A DNA stretch of 64,000 bases, taken from the NCBI GenBank assembly GCA_002633005.1, contig NMRA01000228.1, forward strand, positions 170,194 to 234,193. Direction: 5' to 3'. The translations under genes and the position numbers were made by a program. Numbering within the stretch: the stretch's first letter is position 1; each line of letters starts with the position of its first letter. Under the pieces are notes generated by a model that was given only the letters and a program-made list of their open reading frames with translations, searched no databases and had not been told where the DNA came from. Positions 59,885-64,000 of the stretch are shown one piece after another. The stretch comes from Phoronis australis (Eukaryota; Animalia; Phoronida).

Positions 59885-60796
59885 CAACCTCTAAAAAATC
59901 CACCAATATGCGATTCACTTGCTTTCACAGGTAAACGCTTTAGCAGTGGGTTCTCGTAATGGCACTTCCGAGGGTGAACGTTTTTACCTGACTTATCTCC
60001 TTCATCGAATATGTTCGTCAGAAAGTTCTTAACCTTTGCTGAAAATCTTACTTGACACTTTACCTTTTTTCAATGCCTAACGTATTGCTTCAGTATTCGT
60101 CTCATCCAAATAGTACTCTGAGGCTGCCTCAAATGACGCTCCGGTTCTTGCATCTGAAAGCATTTCTGACAACTGTCGTGCGATGTGGTCATACGTGGTT
60201 TCCCTCTGTAAATGTTCAGTGTGGTTACCCACAACCAAATGCTGACCTAGTTCTGCGTCTGTAGCAAAAAAATCGAGTAACCTTGCTGGGTACAAGGGAA
60301 CTTTGTTGGGGCTCTTCACTAGATACTCTTGGTGTTGAAAATCCGCCATGTCTAGAGATGTTAGTGTATTTTAGAGAAATAGGTTTCCCATTTCCTCAGT
60401 AATTGTACGGAACTTGCCGTCACCTACATGGAATGATTTCCACACGCGAATTCCTTGGGTGGAATAGTGGGAATTTGGGAATGTGCTTATACCAGGAATT
60501 GAGTATTTTGGAAAAGACTTTGTTGCATTGGCTGAACATGCATACACATAACATCCCTTCGCACGGCCTCTGGATAGTAATGCTTCTTTTAAATCCAGAA
60601 ACTTTATGATATTGTTACCTTCGGCTACAAAGTACTTTGCATGTTGTTTGAGTGGAGCGATCTTGCGATTTCAGAGATCTTTTCCATTCTGACTTTCACT
60701 AAAGTCATATCTCGAAACAGAAAAGCCGGAAGAATTTGACAAGGCTGCTACGTTCATGAGGAGAGGAGCAGAGTGGTAACATCCAGCATTACCTGA
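59885..60796 (-). pseudogene. Decayed DDE transposase fragment (Sola3-like by recollection) in the RPS15A intron after exon 58336-58421
   Basis: Manual - strand translation gives SGNAGCYHSAPLL...RYDFSESQNGKDL*NRKIAPLKQHAKYFVAEGNNI, then R*ALKKVKCQVRFSAKVKNFLTNIFDEGDKSGKNVHP. These match the SDNAGCYH / DFSExQxGKDxCDR / GWALK..RFS motif order I recall for this family. In-frame stops are present. Candidate terminus CTC|TTAA at 61929-61935. Confidence 0.65.
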
Positions 60797-63700
60797 CTCT
60801 TCCATGACTGGTCCTGTTCAGTCAAAAATTCCCCGACTCTGGGTAGTACGAGTGCATACTCTGGCACAGGCTTTTTGAGGTAGTTTCCTGTATCTCAAAT
60901 GTTCAGTGGTGTCTTTGACATAACTCACTAAAGCACAGAGCTTTTGTGATCAGATTTTTTGCAGAATAAACTCTAAAGGAACATGAAGGCCCATCGACAT
61001 CGTTCGCCATTTTGTCTTTTTAAAATGCACTTGCTTCTCTCAAAACCAGTCATTACAAATATAAATTCTTACTTGTTTAATCTTAAAGGCATTTATTTCC
61101 ATTTAAAATTTCTACAGAGTGTTTAAATTAACCTGATAATGTAAAAGAAATGAAAGAATACAAGAGGGTTACACGTACATTTTTATATATCCTCAAGCTT
61201 AACTTCAACTGACTCCCTCAGTGGGCAAAGCTCATCGGGTTCAGGTTTGATACTAGCCGCGTAATAAACCCGGAAAACATCTTGTTTTCATTTGAAAGAG
61301 TTTAGACTTGGTTTCTATAACTATTTAAAGCAGACTTCTTGCCTAAAAGTTTGTTCAAATGGTCTGTAAACTCTGCTTGACATTTCCAAACTATGAAATA
61401 GACAGTTTTGCAAGACAATTTTCACTAAGGTGCAAAGTTGAGGCAAGATTTTTTATTGCTCAGTCATCAAGACTAACTCTTTAACTGTATGTTCAAAACG
61501 TCACATAAGGCTACAAGGTGTTTTATGGCAGTAAGAAGGTCACAAAAATGGCCACTAAAATTAGTCCCAAAAAGTGGTCTGACGATTATCTCCCCTGTCT
61601 AGCAAAAGATGTCAGATTTTAATGAATGGTACAGAATTATGTACAGTAAACGTTGGTTATTTCAGCCACCAAAATATAGCTTTTGATCTATTTTGTACGT
61701 TACTCATTTTTGTTGCTGAAAACATGCGATTTTTGAGACGGCTAATATGCCCAATTGTGGCAATTTGTGTTATCATGCTCCAGCGGCGAAATTAGGGGTC
61801 ATTGAGTGCATAAAATTTGGCATTTGGGTTTATGTTAGGATACCTACCCATGTACAAAAAATGAAGTTGTTTTAAATTTTGACGTATAGACTGATTTTTG
61901 AAAATCTACTGGTTTTTATATGGACTGTCTCTTAAATTTTCAGCATTATAGTACTGATAAGTATACGTAATAAACTTGGGAATATTAGGTATATTTTTGT
62001 GGCATCTCTGTAAATGTACTGTTTGGCTAGTAAGAATAAATAAAATAGTGTCTTCTTGAGTACAAGAATAACAGGTTTGTAAGACAGACGGCTGGTTGGG
62101 AAGCTGAATGCGATACCTCGCTGGTTCCCTATGTGCCACTAGGTGGCCAGTAGCCAGCACGCGGGTATCGCTTAATTTTCCTCCGCTGGTTCCCTGCGTG
62201 CTTAGCCCAGCCACCCCGCAGGTATCGCGCAGTGGCACGAGCTTTGGCATTGGTCATTGGTTAGCTTCACAACACCGTGAAAAAATGGCGGACTGTGGAC
62301 GATTTTTAGCGTTGTCATGCAAGTGGCGTCGCAGCAACTATTTCGTTTCTGCAGTGATGTTTAATAGCCGCATGCTTGAATTAAGCGCAATGCATGTGCA
62401 ATAAACACATCTGGTCGATTTAACCGATGTGTTATTCATACTGTATGAATACAGGACACTATCGTAAACAAGTCATCGACAGTAGAAAGGTGCATTCCGA
62501 AAAAGCTTCACATTTCCTAAACATTATTTTAAGCACCAATTTGCCTGTACAACAGACCACGTTTACACTTCAGTCCATCAGTCATGACAGCATCTATGAT
62601 GCCAGTTTGCTTGCGTAAAATTTGTGCCTCCGATCCCCAAGTTACTATTAAACCGTAAAGGTTGATTCAAAGTCTTTTTTACTCGTAAGAATTATTTTCT
62701 TATAGAAAGATGTCATACTTGCAAATACGTCGCGCCAGTATAGGAATGATCAATTAGAGATAACTTCGACTTATTTCTCCAAACGAAGCAAACGGACGGG
62801 TAGAGTATAGTAACTGACCACTTAGCTAGACGCAGGGCTTTCAAAGTATCTACTGGCCATTGCGAGTTTTAAAGTTTTGTGTAGTAAACTAGGCCATACT
62901 TTCGTTTAATTTTATCATTACGAGCCGGCTTCCATGATACAAATCTAAAGAATATCTTCAATTCATCCAAACTTTCACTGGTGGGGTTGGTGAACTTTAA
63001 GGAGAATGCCACCCAAAAAACCTATGTTGTATCAATTTAGATCGAGTAGTTCTATTCGATAACGGCACGTACAGTTGCGTTACCTGACGGCAAACGGAGG
63101 GGTTGAAATTATCCAATGACGTCATTGGTTTCACACGCAGTCTGTTCAACAGTTCACAACACAAGTTACTGGTGTCGGCTTATCGCTTGAATTCATCGTT
63201 TAACACCAATAAATCATCAAACTTCGATGTAATATCCTTAAAAATACACCGAGTTCTTATAAAAGCGTGCTGTAACGGATTTATTGGTATTTGGAAACAC
63301 GTACCGTAGCCTACAAAGTTCGGCATGCCAATTTACTAAGGTGCGTAGCAGGAGTTTGGGGTCTGTTCGGAGATAAATTCGAAGTGTTCTTCCGTGAAAT
63401 ACAGACAGGAGAACCTAGATCTGTGTTGTTTAGACTTGTGATTTTTTTAGTTCTAAACACACAGAACAGTGGCGGATCTACGGGGGGGTTCAGGGGTTTT
63501 AAACCCCCCCCCCTCGGCCCAGGACCCAAAAATTAAAAAAAAAACAAAAGCGTCTCCAGCAAAACAAAAAAGGCACTGCCAGCATGTGTAAACCCCAAGT
63601 AAACCAACTTGGAAAAAACTGAGGGGGGGGTTCACTCTGAAAATATAGTTTTTTTGCATTGTGAATTGTTGAGTCTTTGTGGCTCATCGGCAAAACGCGT

Positions 63701-64000
63701 GGGGATTTATTGTGCGCGCGCTTTCGTCGACACTTCTGAAGTAGCGAAGCATTTTAGATGGATTCACCGCTGAAAGAGCAGTTCTATAGCTGATTTCTTT
63801 AGGTAACTAGCTTCTTTACTCTAAGATATATTTTGATTTGATTAGGGAAATACTGCGGTGTCGCAACCATGATATTCAGGCGAATTGACGTGCAACGTTT
63901 TTACCTTATCTGTCATGCCGTGTCATTCTATTACACTCCACACGTTTGTTTGTAACTGATGTATAGTAAAGTTGTCTTGCGCAATATCATACAGTGTACA

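Overview
Eukaryotic, AT-rich, intron-rich animal genomic DNA, probably a marine invertebrate (inference). It is not prokaryotic, so most ORFs in the supplied track are spurious. By following GT-AG junctions and reading-frame phase I reconstructed four spliced genes. (1) The last two coding exons of an unidentified + strand gene with a coiled-coil-like C-terminus (801-1555). (2) A complete mitochondrial Rho GTPase Miro/RHOT gene on the - strand (19 coding exons, 24178->4622, 615 aa, plus a 78-nt candidate cassette exon). (3) A complete, uncharacterised 389-aa WD40-repeat gene on + (33808-45564), divergent from Miro. (4) RPS15A on + with a TCT/5'TOP-type promoter near 50917; its last exon is not in the window. 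Introns carry a truncated L2/CR1-group LINE, a decayed DDE transposase (Sola3-like by recollection), several MITEs, a probable solo LTR and many minisatellites. The most notable observations are the Miro pre-transmembrane cassette exon flanked by RBFOX/QKI motifs, a fourfold in-frame tandem duplication of a Miro 3' splice site, and a ~700-bp near-perfect hairpin in RPS15A intron 1. At least two single 'n' positions sit next to duplicated sequence and look like assembly joins. I see no clearly new multi-gene system.
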